Source: Vitrella brassicaformis CCMP3155 (Eukaryota; Protista; Chromerida). From it: 64,000 nucleotides of DNA. The translations under genes were made by a program, and so were the position numbers. The stretch lies in NCBI GenBank assembly GCA_001179505.1, contig CDMY01000069.1, positions 62,001-126,000 on the forward strand, written 5' to 3'. A model generated the notes under the pieces. It had not been told where the DNA came from and did no database searches. It worked only from the letters and a program-made list of their open reading frames with translations. Positions 13,123-24,602 of this stretch are shown here, piece by piece. Each line of letters starts with the position of its first letter. Within the stretch, counting starts at the first letter, position 1.

Positions 13123-14846
13123 TCACATGTACCCCTCGCCCTTGTCCATGTACATGGACTTGACCTGAACCTCCGACGACAACTTGGGACGACCTGAACC
13201 AATCAATCAGTCAATCAATGATTGAAGCCATCACACACACACACACACATCACATGAAGACGACGCACGACACGAGAAAGGCTCGGTCAGTCGGGGTGTC
13301 AGTCGGTGTGTCGTGCCTATGACCTATGAACTTCTCGCAGATAAAGTACATTTCCCGCGACTCATTGCGAGAGGCCCTGAACCACATTTGTGGAACCATT
13401 GATTGCATATGCGCAGCAATTACACACAGGCATGCAGGTCGTCACTCCTCTCCTCTCCTCTGGCGGCCTGGCCTGTCTGTCTGTGCGAGAACCCAACCAC
13501 TAAATCCACTCACTCACTCACTGACTGACTGACTGACCTTGGCTTGACAGAGCGGACCCTCTCAAACCTCGTTTTCAAGTATACCTGCCATGCCATGCCA
13601 CGCACACCACACCACACCACACACGGCAGCAAAGCAATCCGTGCAGGCAGGCAGGTGAGCAGGCAGGTGGGCCGGGCCGCCGCCCACCCACCCAGCCACC
13701 CAGCCACCCAGCCACCCACCTTGAGGTTGTCCCCCTGTCCGCCATAGAAGAGCTTGACGATGAACCACCCCCCCAGCTTTAACACCTGGTGGACACGCAG
13801 CCACTCCCTTCCTCCCTCCGTCGGCCTATGTCGCGTATGTCCGTGTGAGGCCTGGATGTCCCTCCCCGACTGCCTGGCTGCCCTGGATGCCTGACCTGTT
13901 CGACGAAGTCACAGGCGAAGAGTGCGGTCTCAGCCGATGCCAGGTGGTCGTCTTGTTTGACGCCGATGAGTTTGGGTGCCATGTCGCTGAGGACCACGTC
14001 GGCCCGCCGGTCGCCCAGGACGTTGAAGCATCGGTCTAGGATCTCCTTGTGGCTCACATCGCCCTGGATGAAGGTGTGGTGCAGCAACGGGTCCATACGC
14101 ACCTTGTCGACCCCCAGCACCACACCACGAGAGCTGCCGTCGCAGTACGTACGCTCAAGAGCTACCTGAGGAAGGAAGGGAGTGGACACCAGGGAGGCAG
14201 GGAGGGAGGGAAGTAATGCCTCGTCGGAATGAAATGAATGGTAAGGCAGGCGAGTAAGGATGAGTAAGGATGTATGTGTGTGTGTGTGGTGTGTGGTCGT
14301 TCGTTCCTTCCTTGCTCACTTGTGACCAGCCTCCTGGGTAGCATCCGAGGTCGACGACCACCTGGTGACGCTTGAGGAAGCAGAAGCGGTCATCCATCTG
14401 CATCAGCTTGTAGGCGGCGCGGGACCGGTAATTCTCCTGCTGGGCCTTCATGACGTACCGGTCGTTGATGTGGCGCTCTATCCATCGAACACTACAAGCA
14501 AAACACAACAGCACGGCAGCCAGCCAGTGGTGGAGGCAGGGAGGGAGGGAGGGAGATGCATACAAACATACAAACAAATACATACACAGACAAACAGGTG
14601 GCCGCCCCGCCCCGGCCCGCCCACCCGGATGGATACCATGCAGATATATCTATCTATAGGAATGAGTGTGGGTGGTTTCGTGCGTAGGGTACGTGCCCAC
14701 CTGTGATTACTCTTCCTGTTGGCCACGTGGCTCATCTGCACCCCTCCATGCTTCTGCCGCGCCCAGCTGCAGGAAGGCGCAGCGCAATGAGCCACACGCT
14801 CCCCGCTCACTGAGGTGGACCGAAGCGCCTTTGATGCCTTCTCCAT
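13123..14846 (-). CDS. MRM2: RlmE/FtsJ-family rRNA 2'-O-methyltransferase, organellar MRM2-like
   Basis: YRSRAAYKL, VVDLGCYPGGWSQV, DVVLSDMAP, VKLF and ASRNESREMY give the K-D-K-E tetrad. Basic/Ser-rich presequence-like N-terminus. Last exon (RPKLSSEVQ...GYM*) inferred. Confidence 0.85.
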
Positions 14847-15033
14847 AAACGACTTACTACCACCAAGATCTGCACTAGAGGCTGTTTCAACCTCCACGTA
14901 TCGGCTCCAGCGTCATCCGTTTTCAGGGCCAGGTGAGCTGCGAGCTTTAGCTCGCGTTTGATCACTGACGTTTGTCGCCTCTCTTCTTCTCCCCTGTTCG
15001 CCTTGTGCGCCTGGTCCTCCGCAGCCAGCCAAG
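14847..15033. promoter_or_regulatory. Divergent promoter spacer MRM2 / EEF2
   Basis: AGATCT 14866; TGCGAGCT 14939-14946; AGCTCGCG 14949-14956. Confidence 0.6.
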
Positions 15034-18000
15034 ATGGTAAGGCGTCGGGAGATCACGCACCACACACGCAGATCAAGGGGTGCAGAGGTGTGAGGGGTGA
15101 GGTGATTCAGTAGAGAGATCTGGGGCAGATGTGGCCGGGGAAGGGTGCAGCGACACACATGCCGCCGTTTGTCTCACCCTGTGTCTCAATCGACGATAGA
15201 GAGTCGAAGCACAGAACGGGGGGGGGTCGGGCAGTAGGGTAGACAGCGGGCGAGGGGTGTGTGTGTCGAGCGGCTGGAGGCTCTGCTCTGCACTGTTGTC
15301 CGAGCCGCATCCGTGTCGGTTGCCTTGCCTCGTGAACCCTTTCTCTCCTCTGGTGTGTGATGTGACTGACTGACCTTCAGGTGAACTTCACAGTGGATCA
15401 GCTCCGGGAGATTATGGACAAGCCGAAGAACATTCGGTGTCTGTCCGTCATTGCTCAGTAAGCCTCCCACCCACGCGCCCACACACCGCTGCCTAGCTGC
15501 GTGCCTCTCAGCGGGCAATTTTGTTATGCGTGTCTCACGTCCTCCCTTCCACTGACTCGCTGTGTGTGTGTTTAGTGTTGACCACGGCAAGTCGACGCTG
15601 ACGGACTCGTTGGTGAGCAAGGCCGGTATCATAGCTTCCAAGGCTGCCGGCGATGCTCGCTTCACCGACACGCGAGCCGACGAGCAGGAGCGTTGCATCA
15701 CCATCAAGTCCACCGGCATCTCACTCTACTTCGAGGCCGACATTGAGGACGGACGCGGCGTCACGCCTTTCCTTATCAAGTATGTCAGTCTGTGTGGGGG
15801 GAAAAGCTAACACCACAGCCTGACAGACAGACAGCCAGAGAGCCAGGCACTGACTGACTGATTGTATGTATCTGTGTTGTCTGTCAGTCTGATCGATTCT
15901 CCGGGCCACGTGGACTTTTCGTCTGAGGTGACGGCAGCGCTGCGTGTGACTGACGGTGCGCTGGTGGTGGTGGACACCATCGAGGGCGTGTGCGTCCAGA
16001 CCGAGACCGTCCTGCGCCAGGCGCTGCAGGAGCGTATCCGACCTGTCCTACACGTCAACAAAGTCGACAGAGCACTCCTCGAACTCCAAATGGACGGAGA
16101 GGAAATCTTCCAGGTCAGTCAGTCAGTCAGTGAGTCGCCCTCCCCACCTACCACATACACAGACAGACAGACAGCGGGGCGGCCCCTGCGGTCGATGGGA
16201 TGGGTGCAGCCAGACGGGCACACGTGGATTGGATGTGTGTTGCACTGACTGCAGACGTTCCAGCGGACGATTGAGAACGTCAATGTGGTGATCGCCACCT
16301 ACAAGGACGAGCTCATGGGAGATGTCCAGGTCTACCCTGAGAAGGTACGGTGGACCCACAGCACTCACTCACTACACGTCCGTCCATACACAACTATGCA
16401 TAGCAGGCACACACTTTGAGGGAGGCGGGTCGGGTCATTCAATTGAATGTGTCTGTCTTGTCTTGTGTGTGCGGCATGGCATGGCATGTCTATATCTGTT
16501 GCCACCCACCGATCAATGAAATAATCGATAGGGTACCGTGAGTTTCGGTTCGGGTCTGCACGGTTGGGCCTTCACGGTCGAGTTGTTCGCCAAGATATAC
16601 GCCAAGAAATTCGGGGTCGAGAAGGAAAAGATGATGCAGGTATGTGTGTATGTCATGTACGTATGTATCGATGTGGGTGGGCGTGGAGGGGGGCAGGGCA
16701 GGGCAGGGCAGCTGAGCACAGCGAGCCCTCAGACACGACACGCACACGCCACTAGGCCACACGCAGAATGGCCACACCACCCACCCACCCACCGGCATTG
16801 CCTGATTGTATGTATTGTACGTGGTGTGTGGCCGTGTTGATTGGTTGATGGATGGACGGCAGCGTTTGTGGGGCGACAATTACTTCAACGGCAAGACCAA
16901 GAAGTGGGTCAAGAGCTCTGAGGCCGAAGGCGCCACTCTCCGTCGCGCATTCTGCCAGTTCATCATGGACCCCATCTGCCAACTCTTCACCAGGTCGGTA
17001 ACCTAACCCAGATACATACATAGATGTGATGATACACACTTTCACACACGCACAAACACGCGTCTGCGCGAGGGGGGGCAGGAAAGGAAAGGCACACATT
17101 CATTCGTCCGGTGGGTCTGTGTGTTTCCTCTCTGCCTGGCCTGTGGTGTGTGTGTGGTGTGCCTGCCTGGCTGCAGCATCATGAACGACGACAAGGACAA
17201 GTACACCAAGATGCTCGACCAACTGGGAGTCAACCTCAAATGTATGTAACAGACACATACTCCGCACGCCTGCCATACACACACAGACCAACCACAATGG
17301 TGTGTGTGTGTGTGTGTGTGTGTAGCGGAGGACAAACAGTTGACGGGCAAGCCGCTGCTGAAGCGTGTGATGCAGGTGTGGATCAACGCTGGCGACACGC
17401 TGCTGACGATGATCGTGACCCACCTGCCGTCGCCCGTGGTGGCACAGAAGTACCGCGTCGCCAATCTCTACGAGGGACCCATGGACGACGAGGCCGCAAA
17501 CGGCATCAGGTAGGTACCTATGCTGCTGGATGGGGCCACAGACAGACAGACAGACAGACCTGCAGAGAGCCAGGCAGGCAGGGAGAGACGGGCATTCAAT
17601 GTATGTTGGTCAATCGCTCCATCAATGTCCGTCTGTCTGTGTGTCTGTCTGTCTGTGTGTGTGTGTGTGTGTCCACAATCAGGAATTGCGACCCGAACGG
17701 CCCTTTGATGATGTACGTGTCCAAGATGGTGCCGACGTCGGACAAGGGTCGGTTCTACGCCTTCGGTCGCGTGTTCTCGGGCACGATAGCGACGGGTCAG
17801 AAGGTCCGCATCCAGGGCCCACACTATGTGCCGGGCGGCAAGGAGGACCTCGTCGTCAAGAACATCCAAAGAACCGTACTCATGATGGGCAGATACATCG
17901 AACAGGTACGTCAAAACGACTCACTCACCCACTCACACGCAGGCAGACAGGTGCGCACACAGGCAGGCCGGAATACACGTGTGTGTGTGTGGGTGGGGTG

Positions 18001-20224
18001 TGTGTGCAGGTGCAGGATGTTCCCTGCGGCAACACCGTCGGTCTTGTCGGCGTCGACCAGTAAGCCAAGCCGGGCACGGCACGCCGCACCGCACCACCCC
18101 CTTGATTGATATGACATCCCTCCCTCCCTCCCTGTCCCCTCCCTGTCTCCCGCCGACAGGTACATCCTCAAGTCTGGGACCATCACGACATACGAGCATG
18201 CGCACAACATCGCCGACATGAAGTACAGCGTGTCGCCTGTGGTGCGTGTGGCCGTCAAGCCCAAGGACCAGAAGGAGCTGCCCAAGCTGGTCGAGGGCCT
18301 CAAGCGACTCTCAAAGTCCGACCCACTCGTCGTCTGCTCCGTCGAGGAATCAGGAGAACACATCGTCGCAGGTAGGTACGGTAGTGTTCACACACAAGAC
18401 GACAAAAAGGGCAGACACGACAGACAGACAGACAGACAGACACCGGAGGGAGGCGGGCAGGCGGGCCTTCGATCGACAAATGCCATCCATTCATGCATAC
18501 GTACGTGCGGTAAATGATGCGTGTGCAGGGTGCGGTGAGCTGCACATCGAGATTTGCCTCAAGGACCTGAAGGATGAGTACGCCCAGATCGACTTCATCG
18601 TGTCGGACCCCGTCGTGTCATACCGCGAGACGGTCGCCGAGACTTCAAGCCAGACGTGCCTCTCCAAGTCACCCAACAAACACAACCGACTCTACTGCAC
18701 GGTGGGCGACCGTCGGGAGGGAGGGAGCAGCACATTGCCCAGGACATACGTGTGTGGTATGGTGTGGTGTGCGCGTGGACATGAAGGCTGAGCCGTTCCC
18801 GGATGGTTTGGCGGACGAGATCGACAAGGGCAGCATCTCGGCTCGCGATGACCCCAAGGAGCGAGCCAAGGTGCTCTCGGACAAATACGACTGGGTAAGA
18901 TCGTACGTACATATGGCATTGCAACGAAGGAACGAAGCAGGACAGCAATGAAGCACAAGCCGGGCTTGATTATCACGACCCTGTCTCTTACTTGTCTGCC
19001 TATCGGTCACGCCAGGACAAGAACGATGCCCTCAAGATCTGGTGCTTCGGACCCGAGACGACTGGCGCCAATGTCCTCATCGATCAGACAAAGGGTGGGA
19101 GGGCGGGCGCACCCAGGAAGCCAGGCAGGAGCGAGAGAGGGAGTCAAGGAGGGAGGGAGGGAGTGAAGGAAGGAAGGAGGGAGGGAGGGAATACAGAGAA
19201 GATAGCCAAGACACTGTGTGTGTGTGTGTGTGTGAAGGTATTGCCTATTTGAATGAGATCAAGGACCACTGCAACAGCGCGATCCAGTGGGCGACCAAGG
19301 AGGGTGTGCTGTGCGAGGAGAACATGCGCGGCATCCGATTTAACATCCTCGATGTCGTTCTGCACACTGACGCCATCCACAGGTACGTTCACACGCACGG
19401 GTCTCCATAGGCACGCACGACACAACGAATCACTAACCCTGCTCTGAATACACGGTCCTCGCCTGCCGTCTCTGCCCGCCTGCCTGTCTGGCTGGCTGGC
19501 TGGCTGTGTGTGTGTGTGTGTGTGTCAGGGGTGCGGGTCAGATCACGCCCACTATGCGTCGTGTGTGTTACGCTGCTGAGTTGACGGCAGCTCCGCGTCT
19601 GCTGGAGCCCATCTTCCTTGTCGACATTACATGCCCACAGGTGCGTACGCTGCGCAGGCATCCCATCCGCACCCTCAGGCCAGGCCGGGCCCACTGCATG
19701 CCATGTATATGTCTCTCTCTGCGCTGCAATGCAATACCGATCCGCATCACGCATGCATGTATGTGTGTATTACTGTGTTTGATGTGTATCGACTGACTGA
19801 CTGACTCCCCAGGACGCGGTTGGTGGTATCTACGGCACTCTCAACCAGCGTCGTGGCCATGTCTTCTACGAGGAGCAGCGAACCGGCACACCACTCATCG
19901 AAATCAAGGCATACCTCCCAGTCGCTGAGTCATTCGGTCAGAACATACACACACAGGTCTTGTCAGTCAGCCACTGTCCCATCTGCGGCGCGGCCTGTGT
20001 CGTGCCGTCTGTCTGTCTGTCTGTCTACAGGTTTCACGACGGCGTTGCGTGCGGCGACGAGTGGCCAGGCGTTCCCGCAGTGTGTGTTCGACCACTGGGC
20101 CATCCTGCAGGGTGACCCGCTCGACAAGGGCGGCAAGACGGAGGAGCTCGTCAAGAACATCCGCAAACGCAAGAACATCAAGGAGGACATCCCCACACTC
20201 GACAACTACCTGGACAAACTCTAA
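15034..20224 (+). CDS. EEF2: Eukaryotic elongation factor 2
   Basis: M|[14 protein letters not shown]; [14 protein letters not shown]; ERCITIKST; [19 protein letters not shown]; NKVD; [13 protein letters not shown]; diphthamide loop [13 protein letters not shown]; C-terminus DNYLDKL*. Confidence 0.98.
17509..17681 (+). repeat. Representative intron with 5' (CAGA)n and 3' (TCTG)n/(TG)n microsatellites
   Basis: An eEF2 intron with CAGACAGACAGACAGACAGAC near the donor and GTCTGTCTGT...GTGTGTGTGT near the acceptor. Similar di- and tetranucleotide repeats (CA, CAGA, GATG, CAGT, GCAG, CCCT) fill introns and UTRs across most of the window. Confidence 0.9.
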
Positions 20225-21403
20225 TGCACTCACGCTGGTCAACCAGCGGGCAGTCCACATGGATGGGGACTGACTGACTGACACACACCACATACATTCA
20301 GTGTATTCATTCATTCATTCATTCATACGCACAGGGGCTCAAGCGCAGGGAAGGTCGATGCAGACAGACAGACAGACAGAGGCCGGCAGAGGGTTCGATC
20401 ATGCAGGAATATATATGTGTGGGTGTATGTTTGTTTGCTTGCGTTTCTGGATGGACTGATGGGAGTTTCAAGTGTTTTGCCACTCATGTGCGTGTCTGGG
20501 TTTGTCGAATTTTGAACGAACTGACTGGAGAGAATTAAGCATTGCATTCGTTCCGAGCTCGTCGGGACGAAGACTGAGTATGTGATGTGCATGTCTCCGT
20601 GTGCGTGTGCGTGTGAGTGAGTGTGTGTGTGTGTGTGTGTGCTGCCGTGGTGGAAGTCCTGTTGATGCAATCAATGAATGTTGTGTCGTGCTTCATTTAT
20701 CGGAACACGTGGGGGATTGCATACATACATCAATACGCGTGGGACGCAATGCCACTACGAGTCCATCCGTTTGTTCATTCATTCATCATGTCCACCCACC
20801 TCTCATCCGTACGTCCATTCCTTTGTACCCACGTTATCGTTCATGCCAGCCCCATGCTGGTTTAACTACCGGAAATACACGGCGTCCTCACATTACAGAG
20901 GTCTGTCGGTCAAGCAGCAGTCTTCACACTGTCACTTAGCTCGGCACTTCAAGGGCAGAAGCAGAAGTTGACCTCAAGGCACGAGTGCAATAGCATTGTG
21001 ACCCTACCGTTCTTGTTCCGACACTGGTGTCCGTACGCGCCCTACGTCGGTTCTGCCGTTCCCTGCCATACATGCCGCGGACAGTGAAGTCGTTCATTCG
21101 TACCAATCTATTCTTTTGATTTGTACTACACGGCCATTGTCTCCGTCTCTCTGCCGCGCGAAGACACATCCACAAAACTTATTTCCCCTTGCTTGCATGG
21201 GTCAATTCATTCACGAAAGCATGGAAAAATCTCCACCACACCGCAAAAATCCTCTCTCACAGGTAGGTACCTCTACTTACTTACATACACAAGACACGCC
21301 TACTGCACAGCTACAGCCGGCCCTCCGCCTCGTGCACCCAACGAATGAGTCATTCATTCATTCATAGACTGTTGTGTGGGTCATCTACCATCTATCTGTC
21401 TCT

Positions 21404-24388
21404 CTAGATGCCTTTGAGTGCTGCTATGGCCTGCTCCAGCGCCTGTCTCTTGGCTGGCGACAGGCTCTCGAGCTTGGAGAACTGACGGATCGCCGATCGC
21501 CGGGTGGATCCAGGGACGTCACTGTAGGCTGTCCGCAGCACTTCAGCAAATCCCTTGGCTGTCCCACCTCCACGTGCATACTGTGTCAGTCTGGCCCGCA
21601 CCAGGGACTTCTGCGACTCCTTCAGCCCGACATCTAGCAGCTGATCCACGGTGGTGGCACTTCCCACGGCAGCAGCCTTCGAGCCGGGCAGAGAGAGAGA
21701 CGACGGGAGGAGACTGACGGGCGGAGGCGAGATAGGTCTTGTAGCAGCTGAAGGTGGCCTCACAGCGGCTCTCTTTGGTGGGGGGGGAGGAGGCGCCCTC
21801 GGCACTGATGGGGACGCTGCCCTAGCTGCAGGGGGCTTGGGGGCAAGTGCACGTGACGCGGGACTCAGGATCGGGCTGAACAAGGCCGTCAAGTTGAACT
21901 GCTGCTGCTGCGGCGGCTGCAGCTTGGCCGCTCTGTCAGTCGACTTTCTGGCTTTGTTGTAGGCAAGTTCCAGCTGTTTCCTCTTGGCGGGCTCAGGCAG
22001 CTGGCGCATTAGAGGCTCGATGATTTTCCTGGACAGTAGGACAAGCCAAGACAAGGTGGGGAGCGAGACATAGGACGCGACTCTGTGCTCTCGACGACAC
22101 TACCTTCCTCACCCATAGTTCGAGCCAAACAGCTCCTTGACCCTGGCACTGAAGCGATCGGCACTCATCTGGTTGCTCCGAAAGCTTAAAGGAGCACACA
22201 GGATGAGCGTAGGGCCACAGGCGCACACTCTCGTGCGGTCTTGTACGTACGCGTACGTACGTACCCGAGTTTGCCCCTCCTCACCTGTCTGTGATTTGTT
22301 GGAACGTCCTGATCTTGGCCGCATCATTGTTGAGAAGAGACACCGCAGACTCGAAGAAGCTCCCATCCATGCCGTTGAGCCGTAGGGGAATGGCTCGACC
22401 CCCCCGCACCGGCCGCTTCGAAGGTGACAGACCAAACAAAGCCGACAGAACGCTACCAGCAGACGGCTGATCGCCTTTCGGCGGAGCTGCCGTCGGCTTG
22501 GGCGTCGCTGGCTTTGACGCCTTGGGCTTCGGTGGAGCAGCAGTGTCTTGCTTCACCGCAGCCTGCGTGCACACCAGGGAGGGAGACAGGGACATCGACA
22601 GGTAGCAAAACCCAAGAAAGAACAATCATCGCATACATGCGCATTGCAATGATCGAGGAGCTGATGCAGTGCACGACGCGTGCAGTTGTGCTTGTCAGGG
22701 TGTGATTGACTCACCGGCAAACGGGGTATGGAGAGTCCGGAGGGGAGGGAAAAACCGGGGAAGGCAGAGCCGGCTCCTTTCTGGCTCTCCTTTCCAGGTG
22801 GCGTAGGAGTCACTGCGGCCGTCTTCCGTGAAGGCGGTGCGGTGGGCGGTGCTTTTGTCCCAGGAGCGGATGGAGGCTGCTGCTTGAGCATTTTGTCCAA
22901 GGGACCGAGAACCGCTGTGAAATTGAACCCACTTGGCTGAGGCACCTTGGTCACCGGACGGTCCGTGGGTGCGGCTTTGGTCGCAGCTCTTGGCAGGCTG
23001 AGGAGGCTAAGGGGGCCCTCTTGCTCTTTCTGGGCGGGAGGAGGGGTTGTTCCAGGGGAGGGGGTATCTGCTAAGGCAACACAGATACAGCAGACAGACA
23101 GATGGCACATAACTGCTAACCCGCAGCCACTTGCGCACACGTGGCAGCACACTGGATCTTACCTCGCGCTTCGAGGAGAGCTTTCAGCGCCGGGCTTGGT
23201 TGGGAAGGCGGCTTCTTGGGGGAAGCTCCCTCTTGTATGGCCTGGCTGACTGAAGACTTGACCTTTGAGCCAATGGAACCAACGATAGAGGTGACTGCGC
23301 TCACGATTTCCTCTGCCGTCGGCCCCTCCTGCGGCACCACTTCCTCCTTCCTGGGAGGTGGCGCTGTCGAGGCCACAGGGGGAGGAGCAGTGACAGCCTC
23401 CTTCTCTGCATGCATGATCAGCATGCAACACAGGAAGCAAAGATTCATGGTGACACAAAACAACACGTGCTGCCTGTGTGTGCGGTTGTACCTCTTCCCT
23501 CCCTCACGACTACGGGTGCAGGTAAGCTGGTCGTTTGAGGCTCCACTTCTGGCACTGGCTGCTCAGTTTGCAGAACAGGGGCTCTCTCTTCCGGAGGCAG
23601 TGACGCCGAAAGCGGCGCGGCAGACGGCTGCAACGTGGGAGTCTGTTGGGCGGGCGTCGCCTCAGTGAGGGAGGGGGCCTGCGTGGTCTCCTGCTCGGTG
23701 GGCTCCACAGGTGGAGCAGCAGACTCCCCGCTCACCGCAATGCCCACCATTTCGCTGGTCTCATTGTCGGCTGACGGCGCATCAACAGTTGCACCAGAGT
23801 CGTTCAGCCGGGGCCGAAGCAGCTCAGTGTCATTGGCGACGGAACTCTGCGGCTCATAATCCTGCTTATCCTCCTTCGCGATCTCAACGCCAGTCTTGGT
23901 GGCCGTCACCGCACTCGCAATCAGCCCACCGACAACAGGTGCGTCAGATGCCTTGTCGAGCACACCAGCCGTGTCCTGTGAGGACATGGTGTCTTCTCGT
24001 GATGCGCCGCCCCTTCGATCCCGGCTGACGAAAGACCGAAGACGCGCGAAGACCCCAGGCTTGCGCGCTGGGGGTGCTGGACCCTTTGCCCTCGGCTTCT
24101 CCTCTTGAGGGGCGGCTGGTGGCTTATCGGATGCTTGCTCGCCGGCTACCACATCAACGTCAAGCACAGCAGTCTTCTCATCCAGAGCAAAACGGCGGGA
24201 CGACCTATGCACTCCTGACAGAACACACACCACCCAATTGTTCTTGGCAGACCAATGCTCGAAGTGCGTTCACCTCCGGATAGGGAGCCCACTAAAGAGA
24301 GCCGAAAGCGGTCCTTGTAGGCAATTGGAATGCGGAATCCAGCTGCAAGCTGACCAAGGCATGCTCCCAATAGGAATGCCCAAATCAT
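21404..24388 (-). CDS. Plastid-targeted (signal + transit peptide) Pro/Ala/Lys-rich protein with two small helical (PAH/ZNF598-like) domains
   Basis: Signal peptide MIWAFLLGACLGQLAAG, then +1 Phe and an R/S-rich transit peptide (FRIPIAYKDRFRLSLVGSLSGGVHRSSRRFA). Long low-complexity exons with GT-AG junctions. Helical blocks LLNNDAAKIRTFQQITDSFRSNQMSADRFSARVKELFG...LPEPAKRKQL and a C-terminal second copy. Confidence 0.75.
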
Positions 24389-24602
24389 GAGTGAAGCAGA
24401 TCTGGCATACAGGCGTCTCGCTGGAAACGCTAAAGATCCGCTGAAGATCCGCGTTCTTATGTCACTGCTGCTGACCTGTAGCTGCTCAGGCAGGCAACAG
24501 GACGCAATAGCAGATCAAAAGCAGCAAGCGAAAACCCGAGAAAGCGCGCCAGTGGATCGTCGATCAAACAAGGAAAAGGTGCGCCAGGGCGATAAAACCA
24601 AT
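24389..24602. promoter_or_regulatory. Divergent promoter spacer plastid protein / RAP protein
   Basis: AGATCT 24398; no GCGAGCT. The RAP start codon is uncertain. Confidence 0.4.

Noticed and set aside
15640-15680. Loss of the eEF2 Thr56 phosphorylation site ([10 protein letters not shown])
   Set aside because: This variant is, as I recall, the usual apicomplexan form, so it is not novel.
20880-21300. Repeat-poor ~400-nt island downstream of eEF2, considered as snRNA/snoRNA/SRP/RNase P
   Set aside because: No match to remembered U1-U6, U3, SRP or RNase P/MRP conserved motifs, and no convincing ORF or helix.
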